Origin: a virus | Lineage: Duplodnaviria > Caudoviricetes | Length of the DNA stretch: 64,000 bases | IMG/VR virus record: IMGVR_UViG_3300036784_000120 | Coordinates: 32,001 to 96,000 of that record | Reading direction: 5' to 3' (one strand) | Shown here: one piece after another, positions 9,763 to 19,086 of the stretch | How positions within the stretch are numbered: the stretch's first letter is position 1 | Layout of the letters: each line of letters starts with the position of its first letter | Notes under the pieces: model-generated | What the model was told of the DNA's origin: nothing | Database searches by the model: none | The model's input: the letters and a program-made list of their open reading frames with translations, nothing else | Program-made: the position numbers and the translations under genes

Positions 9763-10076
9763 GGGTTCGCCTCCTGGTGGAGCTGCTCGCGCAGGAGATA
9801 GCCCTCCAGCGCCCAGATTTTGTCTCGCGCGTCGGCTCGCGCGATCTTCCGGCCGATCTCCTCGTTGAAGTTCTCCGGGCTGGCCGACGCCGACTGGCCG
9901 ATCACGCTGTAGCCGTTCTCCAAGGTCAGGCAGCAGACCGTGACCGTGGTGAAGGGGAACACGTGGTACTGCTCGCCGGTGATCTTGGAGTCGAGGTCGC
10001 TGGCGGCGATGCGCGGCGCGTTCAGGCCCTTGGCCCGCACGTCCGCTTCGATGTCTCGCTCGCCGTACTCAGGCAT
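9759..10076 (-). CDS. N4 Gp49/Sf6 gp66 family protein (candidate nucleotide-signal sponge)
   Basis: TVCCLTLENGYSVIGQSASASPENFNEEIGRKIA...KIWALEGYLLRE is the family signature. Confidence 0.85.
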   Translation of the reverse strand: MPEYGERDIEADVRAKGLNAPRIAASDLDSKITGEQYHVFPFTTVTVCCLTLENGYSVIGQSASASPENFNEEIGRKIARADARDKIWALEGYLLREQLHQEANP

Positions 10077-10612
10077 CAGTTGCTCAGCGCTCCCCAATGC
10101 CCGTGACCCACGTTGTCGGTTCCGTCGATCCACGCGCGGAGGTTCCCGCCGCCGATCGCCGCGTACAGCTGCCCGCCCGAGTCGAGCCACAGGGGCGTGC
10201 CTTGCAGGAACACGGTCTGCGGGAGCGTCCCCGCCTGCCCAGCTGGCGGGGCGGTGCCGGACACGGCCGCGGTCATCGACGAGGACCCGGACTGCGGCAG
10301 TTCCGCCGCCGTCCACGTCCACGTCGGCGTCCCCGACGGGTAAGTGAGGCTGATCGTGCCGGGATAGGGGACGATGACCGTGCCGGCGGCGGCGAGCGCC
10401 TGGGTGCCGTTGACGGTGACCGCGGTCACGGTCGCGCCGGTGACGGCCACGGTCACGGGCACGCCGGCGGCGTTGTCCGCGGCGACCGTCGTCGCTGGCA
10501 CCGCCGGGGCGGCGACAGGCGTGTTCGCTGCGCCCTGAATGATCTCCGACCAGGTGGCGGGCCAGGTGATGGTCACGTCAGCGGTCAGCACGTACCGGGC
10601 GAGCGCCGCCAT
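10076..10612 (-). CDS. Putative decoration protein (beta-sandwich inserted in the small paralog domain, ends LSN)
   Basis: RYVLTADVTITW...[insert]...LYAAIGGGNLRA...GALSN. Confidence 0.6.
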   Translation of the reverse strand: MAALARYVLTADVTITWPATWSEIIQGAANTPVAAPAVPATTVAADNAAGVPVTVAVTGATVTAVTVNGTQALAAAGTVIVPYPGTISLTYPSGTPTWTWTAAELPQSGSSSMTAAVSGTAPPAGQAGTLPQTVFLQGTPLWLDSGGQLYAAIGGGNLRAWIDGTDNVGHGHWGALSN

Positions 10613-10628
10613 GACATCACCTCCTGGG

Positions 10629-11258
10629 TTAGTAGCTGGTTGCCGGGACGGTTTCGACGCTGGACAGCAGCGGGGACGCCTGCGCGACGGTTACGAGGAC
10701 CCCGGTGAGGTGCGCCGAGTTGAGTGCGCCGACCGGCACGCTGGTGCCTGTGGGGGTGCCGTTGACGACGACGACATCGGATGTGCCGGACGGGTCGACG
10801 ATCAGCACCTGCCCCTGCGCGAAGGTGGTGCCCCACGCGGTGAACGGCAGCGCCGTCCCGCCTGCGGACACCCCGGCGCTGATCGCGGGCAGCGCCCACG
10901 CCATCGTCGGCTGCGTCGTCGCCCAGGTGATCGAGATGGTTCCGGCGACCGGGATGAACACGGTCCCGGAGGTTTGCCCGGTCGCGACCCCGTTCACGGT
11001 GATCGCGGTGACCCCGCCGGCGGTGGTGATAGTCGCGGCGACGACCGTGCCGGAGCTGTTGGTGTAGACGGTGTTGTTCACCGGGGACGCAGTGGGGACG
11101 GTCACGGTCGCCGCGGCGAGGGTGAACAGCCATTCGCAGCGGCCGCAGCGGAATGTGAGGGCCGCTGTCGGGGTGAACGGGGCCGGGAACCAGCAGCGGG
11201 GGCAGCGCAGCTGCGCTACCTCTGCCGGCTGGATCTGCGCCGTCGTGTACCCGGGCAT
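10629..11258 (-). CDS. Zn-ribbon plus beta-sandwich structural protein
   Basis: CPRC...CGRC followed by the repeat domain. Confidence 0.6.
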   Translation of the reverse strand: MPGYTTAQIQPAEVAQLRCPRCWFPAPFTPTAALTFRCGRCEWLFTLAAATVTVPTASPVNNTVYTNSSGTVVAATITTAGGVTAITVNGVATGQTSGTVFIPVAGTISITWATTQPTMAWALPAISAGVSAGGTALPFTAWGTTFAQGQVLIVDPSGTSDVVVVNGTPTGTSVPVGALNSAHLTGVLVTVAQASPLLSSVETVPATSY

Positions 11259-11261
11259 CAG

Positions 11262-11843
11262 CTACCCCTGCCTCGGGCGGCCGCGGCCGCGGGTAGGCGG
11301 CAGGTCCACCGCGTCGGCGACGACGGGGGCTGCCGTCAGGTGGGCTTCCATCTCCGACGGTTCCGCGGTCGACGCGCCGTCCGCCTCGGGGGCGCGGCCG
11401 CCGTCGTCGACGACCTGGATGCTGGAACTGCCCTGCGGGTCGGGGCGGGGCGCGTCGGAGCCGGGCGGCGGGACAGCGGGACGGAACAGGCGGCCGGACA
11501 CGTGCCGGGGCAGCAGCCTGGGGGCCGGCTCGCTGGTGCTTTCGGGGCCGGACAGCCGACGGATCACCGCGACCTGGCGGCCGTCCCGGTTCCCGTGCCG
11601 CTCAAACCAGCGGGCTTCCTCGTCGGTGAGGTACACCGTCTCGCCGGGCATCACGAGGTCGGTTTGCCGGTCCTTGTCACCCCGCCGCGGGACGGACAGG
11701 CAGATGAGCGCCTCATACGGGCTGCCGATCCGCGTCGCCGGCGTCTTGTCGGCGGACGCGCGGGCCAGCAGCTTCCCGAGGAGGTTCTGCTCGTCGGCGG
11801 TCAGCGGCGCCAGCGGCGGCGCGGCGGCGGTGGTTTCCGTCAT
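11262..11843 (-). CDS. Hypothetical protein after the capsid gene
   Basis: 193 aa in the operon. Confidence 0.6.
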   Translation of the reverse strand: MTETTAAAPPLAPLTADEQNLLGKLLARASADKTPATRIGSPYEALICLSVPRRGDKDRQTDLVMPGETVYLTDEEARWFERHGNRDGRQVAVIRRLSGPESTSEPAPRLLPRHVSGRLFRPAVPPPGSDAPRPDPQGSSSIQVVDDGGRAPEADGASTAEPSEMEAHLTAAPVVADAVDLPPTRGRGRPRQG

Positions 11844-11844
11844 G

Positions 11845-12756
11845 TCAGACGCCGCTCAGCAGGGCGATCGCCAGCGGCTGGTCCAGGCCGATCGCGCTGG
11901 ACCGCTGCGTGTCGCTGCGCCACGACTTCTGCGATTCGGCGCGGTACAGCGGCCCGGCGAGGAACGGCAGCTCGTCGGCGTAGAAGCCGCACCTGTGCCG
12001 CTGCATGATGATCGCGTTCCCGGCGGGCACCTGGCGGCTGACCAAGACATCCAGATTGAAGATCTTGTTCGGCAGAACACCCGTGTACTGGAGGTTTTCC
12101 GACGCGATGTCGCCGATGTACGGGGCGGCGAACGTGCTCGACTGCAGCAGCGTGTTCTTCGTCCCGTGGTTGATGATCAAGGTGTCGGCTTCAAAGCCGA
12201 GCCACTGCGTCACACCGGACGGCGACACGATGTTGGCGTTCTCGACGAGGTAGACGCCCTGCGCGATGTCCGACCGGGTGGTCGCCGACGCGCTGGCCCA
12301 CGGGTTCGCCACGGCGAGCGTCTGAATGGACGCGTTCGCGACTACCGCCGAGTAGAACGCGGTGTTCCAGCTGTAGACCATCGTGTTCTTGACCTGCAGC
12401 AGCTGCCTGGTCACAGGGTCGATGGCCTGGCGGCGCCGCATTTCGTCCGACACCATGACGGCCATCGCGCGTTCGTGGCTGAACACGACGCGGGGCACGC
12501 CGATCGACGTGGGGACGACCGGCACTTCACCGAACTCAGGGCGGATCTCGGGGAAGTCGTCGGCGTACAGCGGCGTCGACTCCGAGTAGCGGACAGCGCC
12601 GGACGGGGCCGCGCCGCCCATCCGCAGCACCGAGTCCATGATGAACTCGTTTTGGGTGATGTCGAGGATGAGCGCGGGAATGACCAGGGGGTCCTTCAGC
12701 AGCTCGTTGACGGTGATCCGCGGGGCATCTGAGTACCCGCGTGCGCCAGTAGGCAT
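11845..12756 (-). CDS. Major capsid protein
   Basis: 303 aa; EIRPEFGEVP, VSDEMRRR and DQPLAIALLSGV patterns; synteny. Confidence 0.88.
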   Translation of the reverse strand: MPTGARGYSDAPRITVNELLKDPLVIPALILDITQNEFIMDSVLRMGGAAPSGAVRYSESTPLYADDFPEIRPEFGEVPVVPTSIGVPRVVFSHERAMAVMVSDEMRRRQAIDPVTRQLLQVKNTMVYSWNTAFYSAVVANASIQTLAVANPWASASATTRSDIAQGVYLVENANIVSPSGVTQWLGFEADTLIINHGTKNTLLQSSTFAAPYIGDIASENLQYTGVLPNKIFNLDVLVSRQVPAGNAIIMQRHRCGFYADELPFLAGPLYRAESQKSWRSDTQRSSAIGLDQPLAIALLSGV

Positions 12757-12770
12757 CTCTCAGTTCCCCT

Positions 12771-13337
12771 TCAGAAGACCCGGGCCCGGCCCAGGAAGTA
12801 GTAGCTGTTGCCCTGGCCGCCGATCTGCTGCGTGAGCATCGCGGACGACACCCCGCCGGGCTGGGTGCAGCGGGCCACGATCGTGTTCGGCGTGAACGAC
12901 GTGATCGCCGTGCTGGTGAAGAACGGGGTGCCGGCGATGCCGGTCACGCATCCGGCGACCACATGACCGGACGTGCCGGTCCCGATGACCAGCAGTTCCC
13001 CGGCCGCGGCGGGCCCGCCGTACCACACCCAGATGTCGACGCCGCCGTACCAGACGCCCACGTAGTCGCCGAGCACGCTGATGTCGATGAGCGGCTGCCC
13101 GTAGGAGTTGGCGGCACCGGTCTGGGTGGTGATCACGTTCGCGTCGGTGCCCGCCACCCCGAGGACGTTGGGGACGCCGGTCGCCGCGGCGGCGAGGCCG
13201 TTCGGCGCGACCGCCACCGTCAGGTCCGTGGTCCCTGCCGTGATCGTGTTGGGGACCACAAACTGGCCGCCGTAGATGAGACCCGCCGCCTGGTAGTTGG
13301 CCGGGCCGGTCTTGTAGTGCGGCAGGACCGCAGTCAT
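12771..13337 (-). CDS. Capsid decoration/cement protein
   Basis: Gly/Ala-rich VLGVAGTDA; lies between scaffold and capsid genes. Confidence 0.65.
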   Translation of the reverse strand: MTAVLPHYKTGPANYQAAGLIYGGQFVVPNTITAGTTDLTVAVAPNGLAAAATGVPNVLGVAGTDANVITTQTGAANSYGQPLIDISVLGDYVGVWYGGVDIWVWYGGPAAAGELLVIGTGTSGHVVAGCVTGIAGTPFFTSTAITSFTPNTIVARCTQPGGVSSAMLTQQIGGQGNSYYFLGRARVF

Positions 13338-13351
13338 CGGCGCGTTCCCTT

Positions 13352-13555
13352 CTAGTTGCCGTTGCTCACGCTGGCGGATTCGCCGAGCTGGTCATGCAGG
13401 GTTGAGGTGGTGACGGCGCGCAAGTTCTGGGCGCCGATCGCGGTCACCTCCGCGGCGGACAGTTCCACCACGGCGCCTTTCGGCAGCGGCCTGGCCGGCT
13501 GCCGGTACCCGGACGCGGCCACCGTCACCGGGGCCGCGACGACGTAACGGGTCAT
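13352..13555 (-). CDS. Small head-module protein (paralog family, ends VSNGN)
   Basis: MTRYVV...KGAVVELSAAE...IGAQNLRA. Confidence 0.65.
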   Translation of the reverse strand: MTRYVVAAPVTVAASGYRQPARPLPKGAVVELSAAEVTAIGAQNLRAVTTSTLHDQLGESASVSNGN

Positions 13556-14872
13556 CTACTTGAGGCCGGTCACGGTCTTGAACCGGGACACGAGGTCGTC
13601 CCGGGAGGTGGCCGCCTGCCCGCCGTCGCCGGCGTCGTCCGGCTCGTCGTGCGGCGAGCCCATCTCATCGGACAGGTCGAGGAGGCGGGCCTGCCGCGCG
13701 TACTCGGTCAGGACCTTGCGGGTGATCGCGCCCGCATCAACGGTTTTGCCGTTGGCGAGCTCCACCGCCCGCCCGGCGCCCTCGAGCAGCGGCCTGGCCA
13801 GCTCCGTAATGTACGGGGGGACACCCAGGTCGGCGAGGTGCCGCTTCTCCGCCTGATAGTCCTCTTCGCGGAGCCGCGCGGTGACAACCGCGAGTTCCCT
13901 GGCGGTCTCCTCCTGCCGCGCGTTCGCCAAGTCGATCGCGAACTGGGCCTCAGCCGTCAGTCCTGCTGTCACGGGCTCCCCCTCTGGTACGTAATCCGGT
14001 GTGGCATCCGGGGTCCCGGACTCCGCTGCGGCCCATTCGGCTTCCAGCGCGGCGAGCTCGCCGTCGGACATGGCGGCGATCTCGTCAGCCAGCTCGTCGG
14101 CAGCCGCGTCCTCGCCCTGGCCGCCGTCCCCGTCGTCGCCCTCGTCCCCGGTGTCGCCGGGGTCGGTGAGCGCTTCCAGTTCCTCCGGGGTGACCACCGT
14201 GCCGCCCGCCGCGAGCGCGTCGAGAACGTCGTCAGGCAGGTCGAGCAGCTTCGTCAGCCGCTGCTTGTCCGCATCGCTGAGGCTGGTCAGGTCCGGCATG
14301 CCGTCTGTCCCTTCCGGGGGCTGGGTGATCTGGATGGCCGGCGCCTCGCCGGCGAAGTGCAGGGCGGACAGGTCAACTACCTGTTCCGGGACCGGGGTGG
14401 CGGCTTCGATCGCCGTCCATGCGCCGAGCCCGGGGATACGCGGGTCCAGGGTGCCGAGGACATGCTGGATCGCGGCCGGGAAACGCCTGCCGTCGGAGCG
14501 GGCGTAGTCCTCCACGATCCGCGCCGACACACCGAGGTTGGGGTTCTCGGTCAGCACCTTGTTCCCGGCCTCGGTCGGCTGCAGGGTGAGCCACAGGCCG
14601 TCAGGCTCGGCGTCCATCCCCACGATGTCGCCGCGGAACCGTTCGGGGTCGTTCGTGTGCGTGTTCTGCGCGTCCGCCAGCTGGAACGCCACCTGGTCAT
14701 AGGCGCGGTCCCGGAACGCCTGCGCGAGCTGCCCGAGGTAGTCCTTCGTGAAGTGCAGCAGCCGCCCCTTGTACTCCACGTCGCCGACGGGCAGCACCTT
14801 CTTGCGCCACAGCCGGTTGCCGAGCTCCACCGCCTCGCCGGAGGTGAACGGGGTCAGGACCGCGGCGGTCAC
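13556..14872 (-). CDS. Prohead protease-scaffold fusion (Mu gpI-like)
   Basis: N-terminal HTNDPE...GLW...GVSARI...HVLGTLDP domain plus acidic coiled C-terminal half. Confidence 0.8.
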   Translation of the reverse strand: MTAAVLTPFTSGEAVELGNRLWRKKVLPVGDVEYKGRLLHFTKDYLGQLAQAFRDRAYDQVAFQLADAQNTHTNDPERFRGDIVGMDAEPDGLWLTLQPTEAGNKVLTENPNLGVSARIVEDYARSDGRRFPAAIQHVLGTLDPRIPGLGAWTAIEAATPVPEQVVDLSALHFAGEAPAIQITQPPEGTDGMPDLTSLSDADKQRLTKLLDLPDDVLDALAAGGTVVTPEELEALTDPGDTGDEGDDGDGGQGEDAAADELADEIAAMSDGELAALEAEWAAAESGTPDATPDYVPEGEPVTAGLTAEAQFAIDLANARQEETARELAVVTARLREEDYQAEKRHLADLGVPPYITELARPLLEGAGRAVELANGKTVDAGAITRKVLTEYARQARLLDLSDEMGSPHDEPDDAGDGGQAATSRDDLVSRFKTVTGLK

Positions 14873-14875
14873 CGG

Positions 14876-15847
14876 TCAGCCGGCCTTGCCGAACGAGCCG
14901 GCCTTCGTCTTCTGGCTGTTCTTCGCGAACGCCAGCGCCCGCGCGGCGGGGAACCCCTTCGCGATCAGCTTCTTGTAGATGGCCTGCCCCTTCGGGGTGA
15001 GACCGTTGTCGTCGGTGCTGTCACCTGACCCGCCGGCCGTGGTCATCTTCGGCCCGTCGCTGGCACCCGCAGTGGGGGTGGCGAACCCGGCGGAACGCAT
15101 CGCGGGGATGCCGTAGGTGGCCATCAGCGGTGTCTGCACCGGTTCCGGCTGCAGCGGCGCCGCGTCGTGCTCGGGGGTGACAGCGGACCGGATCGCGCCG
15201 TTCCACTGCCCCACCGCCTCCATCAGCGCGGTCCGCTGATGATCACGGGGGGTGAGGTCACGGCCGTTGACAGACGCGACCCACTGGCCGCCTTCGGTTT
15301 TGCGGAGCGACGCGATCGTCGCGCCGCCGTGCCGGTGCCGCAGCACCGCGGTCCCGTCAGCGCCGCGGGCGACAAGCACGTCCATCGGGCCGTGGATGGG
15401 GCGGCGCACTGTCCCGGTCGCCAGCTCGACGGCGCTGCGGGTGCCCGCGAGGGCGTGCGCGGCACCGGTTTTGACGGTCAGCGGCACCCCGTCACGCACA
15501 TACCCGGTGGACGGGGCGGGAGTTTGGAGGTCACCCGGACTGGAGTCCAGGGACGCGCCGCTGGCACCGAACCGGTTCGCGGGCCCCGAATAGCTGCATT
15601 CAGGGCAGGTCAGGGTGAGGCCCTGCTCGTCTTTCGCGGTTTCCGCGAGGTAGATGCCGAGGTCCGGGTTGGCGAGATGCTTGCCGTGCGACAGGCGCCC
15701 CATGCCGCCGGCGCCGTACTTGCGGCGGCCGATGAAAGCGGCGAGCGCGTCCGGGTTGCTGGCACCGCGGGCGGCGAGGGTCGCCGACAGTTTCTTGAAG
15801 CGGGTGCCAGAGCCGAGTTTTGGTGCGGCAAGATCCAGGGATGCCAA
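14876..15847 (-). CDS. Modular basic head-associated protein
   Basis: 323 aa, CPEC motif, modules preceded by LDLA / VELA. Confidence 0.6.
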   Translation of the reverse strand: MASLDLAAPKLGSGTRFKKLSATLAARGASNPDALAAFIGRRKYGAGGMGRLSHGKHLANPDLGIYLAETAKDEQGLTLTCPECSYSGPANRFGASGASLDSSPGDLQTPAPSTGYVRDGVPLTVKTGAAHALAGTRSAVELATGTVRRPIHGPMDVLVARGADGTAVLRHRHGGATIASLRKTEGGQWVASVNGRDLTPRDHQRTALMEAVGQWNGAIRSAVTPEHDAAPLQPEPVQTPLMATYGIPAMRSAGFATPTAGASDGPKMTTAGGSGDSTDDNGLTPKGQAIYKKLIAKGFPAARALAFAKNSQKTKAGSFGKAG

Positions 15848-15899
15848 CGGAATGCCTTCCCGACTGGCAACCCCTGCCTAGCGCATAGCATAGCCCGCG

Positions 15900-15921
15900 T
15901 GCACGTGCAGATGCACGTGCA
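15900..15921. promoter_or_regulatory. TGCACGTGCA-N2-TGCACGTGCA operator, copy 1
   Basis: Upstream of the head operon; minus-strand TATGCT -10-like hexamer nearby. Confidence 0.75.
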
Positions 15922-15939
15922 CGCGGCTAGAGTTTTCGG

Positions 15940-16043
15940 GTGAGGCCGGGCGTAATGGGCTGGCTACCCCTGCCGGCAAGTACGCCCGGCCTCACCGCCG
16001 GAAACGCAAACGGCCGGGGCAGCAGACCACCCCGGCCGTTTCG
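15940..16043. terminator. Two GC-rich stem-loops
   Basis: gtgaggccgggcgta...tacgcccggcctcac and aaacggccgggg...ccccggccgttt. Confidence 0.6.
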
Positions 16044-16314
16044 CATCCCCATGCTCACGCTCAGGCCCGTTCCCGGACCTAAATAGATGTGGACGAACTA
16101 GACCCGATCGAAGACCTGACCGCCGCCATCACCGACGAGCACATCGAAGTCGAACTGTTCCTGCTGACGATGAAGTGGCTCGGGTACCTGGACTAACCGG
16201 ACCGGTGCTGGCGGGCCTTGGCCGCCGCGTACCTCGCGTCCCTCCGCCGCACCCTCGCAGCGGCCCGCGCCAGCCGCCGCCCCGCCAGCCACGCCCTGAC
16301 CTTGCCGATCGGGG

Positions 16315-16914
16315 TCACTCCCCGGCGGCGAGGTGACCCGGCGGGGCCGCCCGGCCGTCTGCGGCGTCATCCGCGACCCACCTCGTCACCTGCTTCTCCA
16401 ACGGCTCGAGGGCACCCACCGCGCCGCGGATCACGGTCAGCAGGTAGGCCAGCTGGTTCGGGTGCACCGGCGCGGCCGCCAGGATCTTCGCCACCTGCCG
16501 GCCCGCTTCCTCCCCGGCCACGGTGATAACCCGGTCCCGTTCAGCGACACCCTCCTGCACGATGCCGTTCCGTTCGGTCACCGCGTCCTGCACGATCACG
16601 TCGAACTGGTGCCGGGCGGCCTCCACGATCTGCCCGCCCTGGATCCGTGCGCTGGTGATGGTGCCGTCAGCGGTCCGCTGCGCGGCGACCAGGATCCGTT
16701 CACCGTGGCTGGTCACCGCCGACCGCAGATCATCCATCTCCGCGGTGAGCCGGGTGATCTCAGCGAGCCGCGCGTCCAGTTCACGCGCCACGTCGAGCTG
16801 GAACGCATGCACCTCGGCTGCGGAAATCCCGCCGAAGCGCACCGCCTGAAACGTGATGCCCCGGATGTCGCCGGGAGTCAGCCGTCTCTGGCCAGAAGGC
16901 CCGGTGTGTCCCAT
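16315..16914 (-). CDS. DivIVA-domain coiled-coil protein
   Basis: LTPGDIRGITFQAVRFGGISAAEVHAF plus coiled coil. Confidence 0.8.
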   Translation of the reverse strand: MGHTGPSGQRRLTPGDIRGITFQAVRFGGISAAEVHAFQLDVARELDARLAEITRLTAEMDDLRSAVTSHGERILVAAQRTADGTITSARIQGGQIVEAARHQFDVIVQDAVTERNGIVQEGVAERDRVITVAGEEAGRQVAKILAAAPVHPNQLAYLLTVIRGAVGALEPLEKQVTRWVADDAADGRAAPPGHLAAGE

Positions 16915-17004
16915 GTTCGCTTCGCGGCCGGCCCGCCCTCCTCGCTCCCCTTGCCGGCGGCCGCTTCCTCCCTTCTCGGGTGATCGCATGACAGGTGTCA
17001 TGCG

Positions 17005-18144
17005 CTATTGCGGCGCCGATCTGAAGTCTTCGGTGAGGATGTGTTCCGCGGGCACGCCGCGGGCGGTGAGCTGCTCGACAGCGGACGCCGCCATGGCGGA
17101 CGGGCCGGCGGCCAGGACATCATGGCCGCGCCAGTCGCCTGCCTGCGCCGCCACGACAGCGACCGGGCCGTGTTCCCCGCGCCAGCCGGGGGTGACCGCC
17201 GGGCCGGCGGCAACCGCATAGGTGACGGTCAGCCACGGGTACCGTTCCGCGAGCGCGTCGAGTTCCGGGGCGGCGTACAGGTCACGGGGGATCCCGGCGC
17301 CGAAGAACAGGTTCACGGGAAGCACGGTCTGGCGCCGTGCTGCGAGCTCGTAGATGATCGCGAGCATCGGCGCGACCCCGGAGCCTTCCGCGATCATCAG
17401 CAGGGGCCGCGGCGATGCCGGGTCAGCGTAGAGAGAGCCGCCGGTCCGGCCGAGCCGCAGCCGGTCACCGGGCCCGGCATGCAAGGCGAGAGACGGTGCC
17501 ACAAGAGCCCCCTCGGTCATCTGCACGTGGAAAATGATGTCCCGGCGGCCGGGGAGGGTCGCAGGCGCGAACCACTGCCAGTACCGGGGTGCCCCCGCCG
17601 GGAACTGGACGTGGATCCGCTGCCCGGCCCGCCACATCACCGGCTGCTCCGGGCGGGCATGGAGGATAGTGACATCCGCGGTGACCCGTTCCGCGCTGGT
17701 GACCTCCGCTTCCTGCCAGCGGGGCACCCCGGCGTTCACGGCGTCTTTCGCGCCGTTCTGCATGATGTCGGCGATCACCCCGTACGCCTCCGCCCACGTC
17801 GCCTCGAGTTCCGGGGTCCAGGCGTCCCCCGCGAACTTCGCCAGCGTTGCGAGGAGGGCTTCGCCGACCATCGGGTAATGCTCGGGGAGCACCTCATGCT
17901 CAAGGCCGTGGTGGGTGCCGAGCTTGGCCAGGTAGCCGCTGAGGGCTTCCGGGTCGTCGACAGAAGTGATGATGCGGATCAGGGCCTGCAGCAGCACGTC
18001 CCGCTGTTCGGTCATCCCTGCCGGGAACATTCTGCGGACCGGTTCCCCGCCGAGGAGGAACAGCCGGGCGTAAAACACTTCAGCGAGTTCCCCGGCCTGC
18101 GGGGCGACGAGCGCGAAACTCTTCTTGAGTAGCTCGGTGTCCAC
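17005..18144 (-). CDS. Flavohemoglobin-like protein (globin plus FAD/NAD reductase)
   Basis: FYARLF...RRMFP...LGTHH...EHYPMVGEALL globin followed by an FNR-like domain. Confidence 0.85.
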   Translation of the reverse strand: MDTELLKKSFALVAPQAGELAEVFYARLFLLGGEPVRRMFPAGMTEQRDVLLQALIRIITSVDDPEALSGYLAKLGTHHGLEHEVLPEHYPMVGEALLATLAKFAGDAWTPELEATWAEAYGVIADIMQNGAKDAVNAGVPRWQEAEVTSAERVTADVTILHARPEQPVMWRAGQRIHVQFPAGAPRYWQWFAPATLPGRRDIIFHVQMTEGALVAPSLALHAGPGDRLRLGRTGGSLYADPASPRPLLMIAEGSGVAPMLAIIYELAARRQTVLPVNLFFGAGIPRDLYAAPELDALAERYPWLTVTYAVAAGPAVTPGWRGEHGPVAVVAAQAGDWRGHDVLAAGPSAMAASAVEQLTARGVPAEHILTEDFRSAPQ

Positions 18145-18422
18145 GGCGACTCCAGCTGCACAGGCCACCCGGTGCCTGAAACCAAGGTGACGATGCCACC
18201 GGACACTAACACTGACGGCACGTCCCGTCACTAGCAGTTTGCCGAAAAGACACCTGCGGCCGGGACAGACTGTCCCGGATGGGAAAGACACCCGGCCCCC
18301 GGCTAAGCGCTGGTCACCGGAGGCCGGGCGTTCCCGGGATGCGGCACGCGCAACCGCGCTGCCGGGCCGTGACCAGGAAACACGGTTTCAGGCTGCTCGC
18401 GCCGCGCCACGATCGCGGTTCT

Positions 18423-19085
18423 TCAGACTAGCGTGCCGTGCGCCTCCCACAAGGTGCCCTGCTGGTTGACTTCCCGCAGCCATCCCAGCACCTCGGGCAG
18501 GTTCACGTCCGGCGCGAACGCCAGGTGCGTGCCGTCGGCTGAATCGCAGCCGATCGCGCGGGCGTACCTCAGCCGGGCCAGCGAGTTGACCCGCCCCATG
18601 TGGACATGCTTCCCGCGGGCCTTAGCCTCCGCGGTCAGGGCCCGCGCCGCGGCACCCAGCTTCCACTCGGTTGACCCGCCGAGGAACAGCGCGTCGAACC
18701 AGGTCCACGGCACGTCCAGGTCCTCGAGCCCGTCCTGCGCGACCAGCGCCACGGGCAGCCCGAACCACGCCCGGACCCGGTACACGAACCGGGCTGACCG
18801 CTCGATCGTCGCCGCGGCGTCGCCGAGCACGTCCGGCGCGGTCGCGAACACGCACCGCCGCCGTGACTGCGCCGACAGGTGCGACAGGAACTGCAGGTAC
18901 GCCCGGTCACCCGGGTAGCCGGTGCCGGCCTGACCGTCTTTCCCCGGCCCGCAGTTGTTGTCGATGCAGAACAGCGCGCCGGCCGGCAGCCGGTTACGCT
19001 GCCGCGGGGTCAGGATCGCCCCGAGAGACCCCGTGGCCATCGCCGCGCGGACCCGGGGTGTTGAGGGGTTCGCGAAGTACAGCAC
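18423..19085 (-). CDS. TGT-fold/DpdA-like base-exchange protein
   Basis: IDN, APDVLGD, VAQDG, LFLGGSTEWK, HMGRVNS and CDSADGT motifs. Confidence 0.65.
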   Translation of the reverse strand: MLYFANPSTPRVRAAMATGSLGAILTPRQRNRLPAGALFCIDNNCGPGKDGQAGTGYPGDRAYLQFLSHLSAQSRRRCVFATAPDVLGDAAATIERSARFVYRVRAWFGLPVALVAQDGLEDLDVPWTWFDALFLGGSTEWKLGAAARALTAEAKARGKHVHMGRVNSLARLRYARAIGCDSADGTHLAFAPDVNLPEVLGWLREVNQQGTLWEAHGTLV

Positions 19086-19086
19086 G

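Noticed and set aside
16089-16318. Two tiny convergent ORFs (35 aa on +, 41 aa on -)
   Set aside because: Plausible but too short and featureless to support
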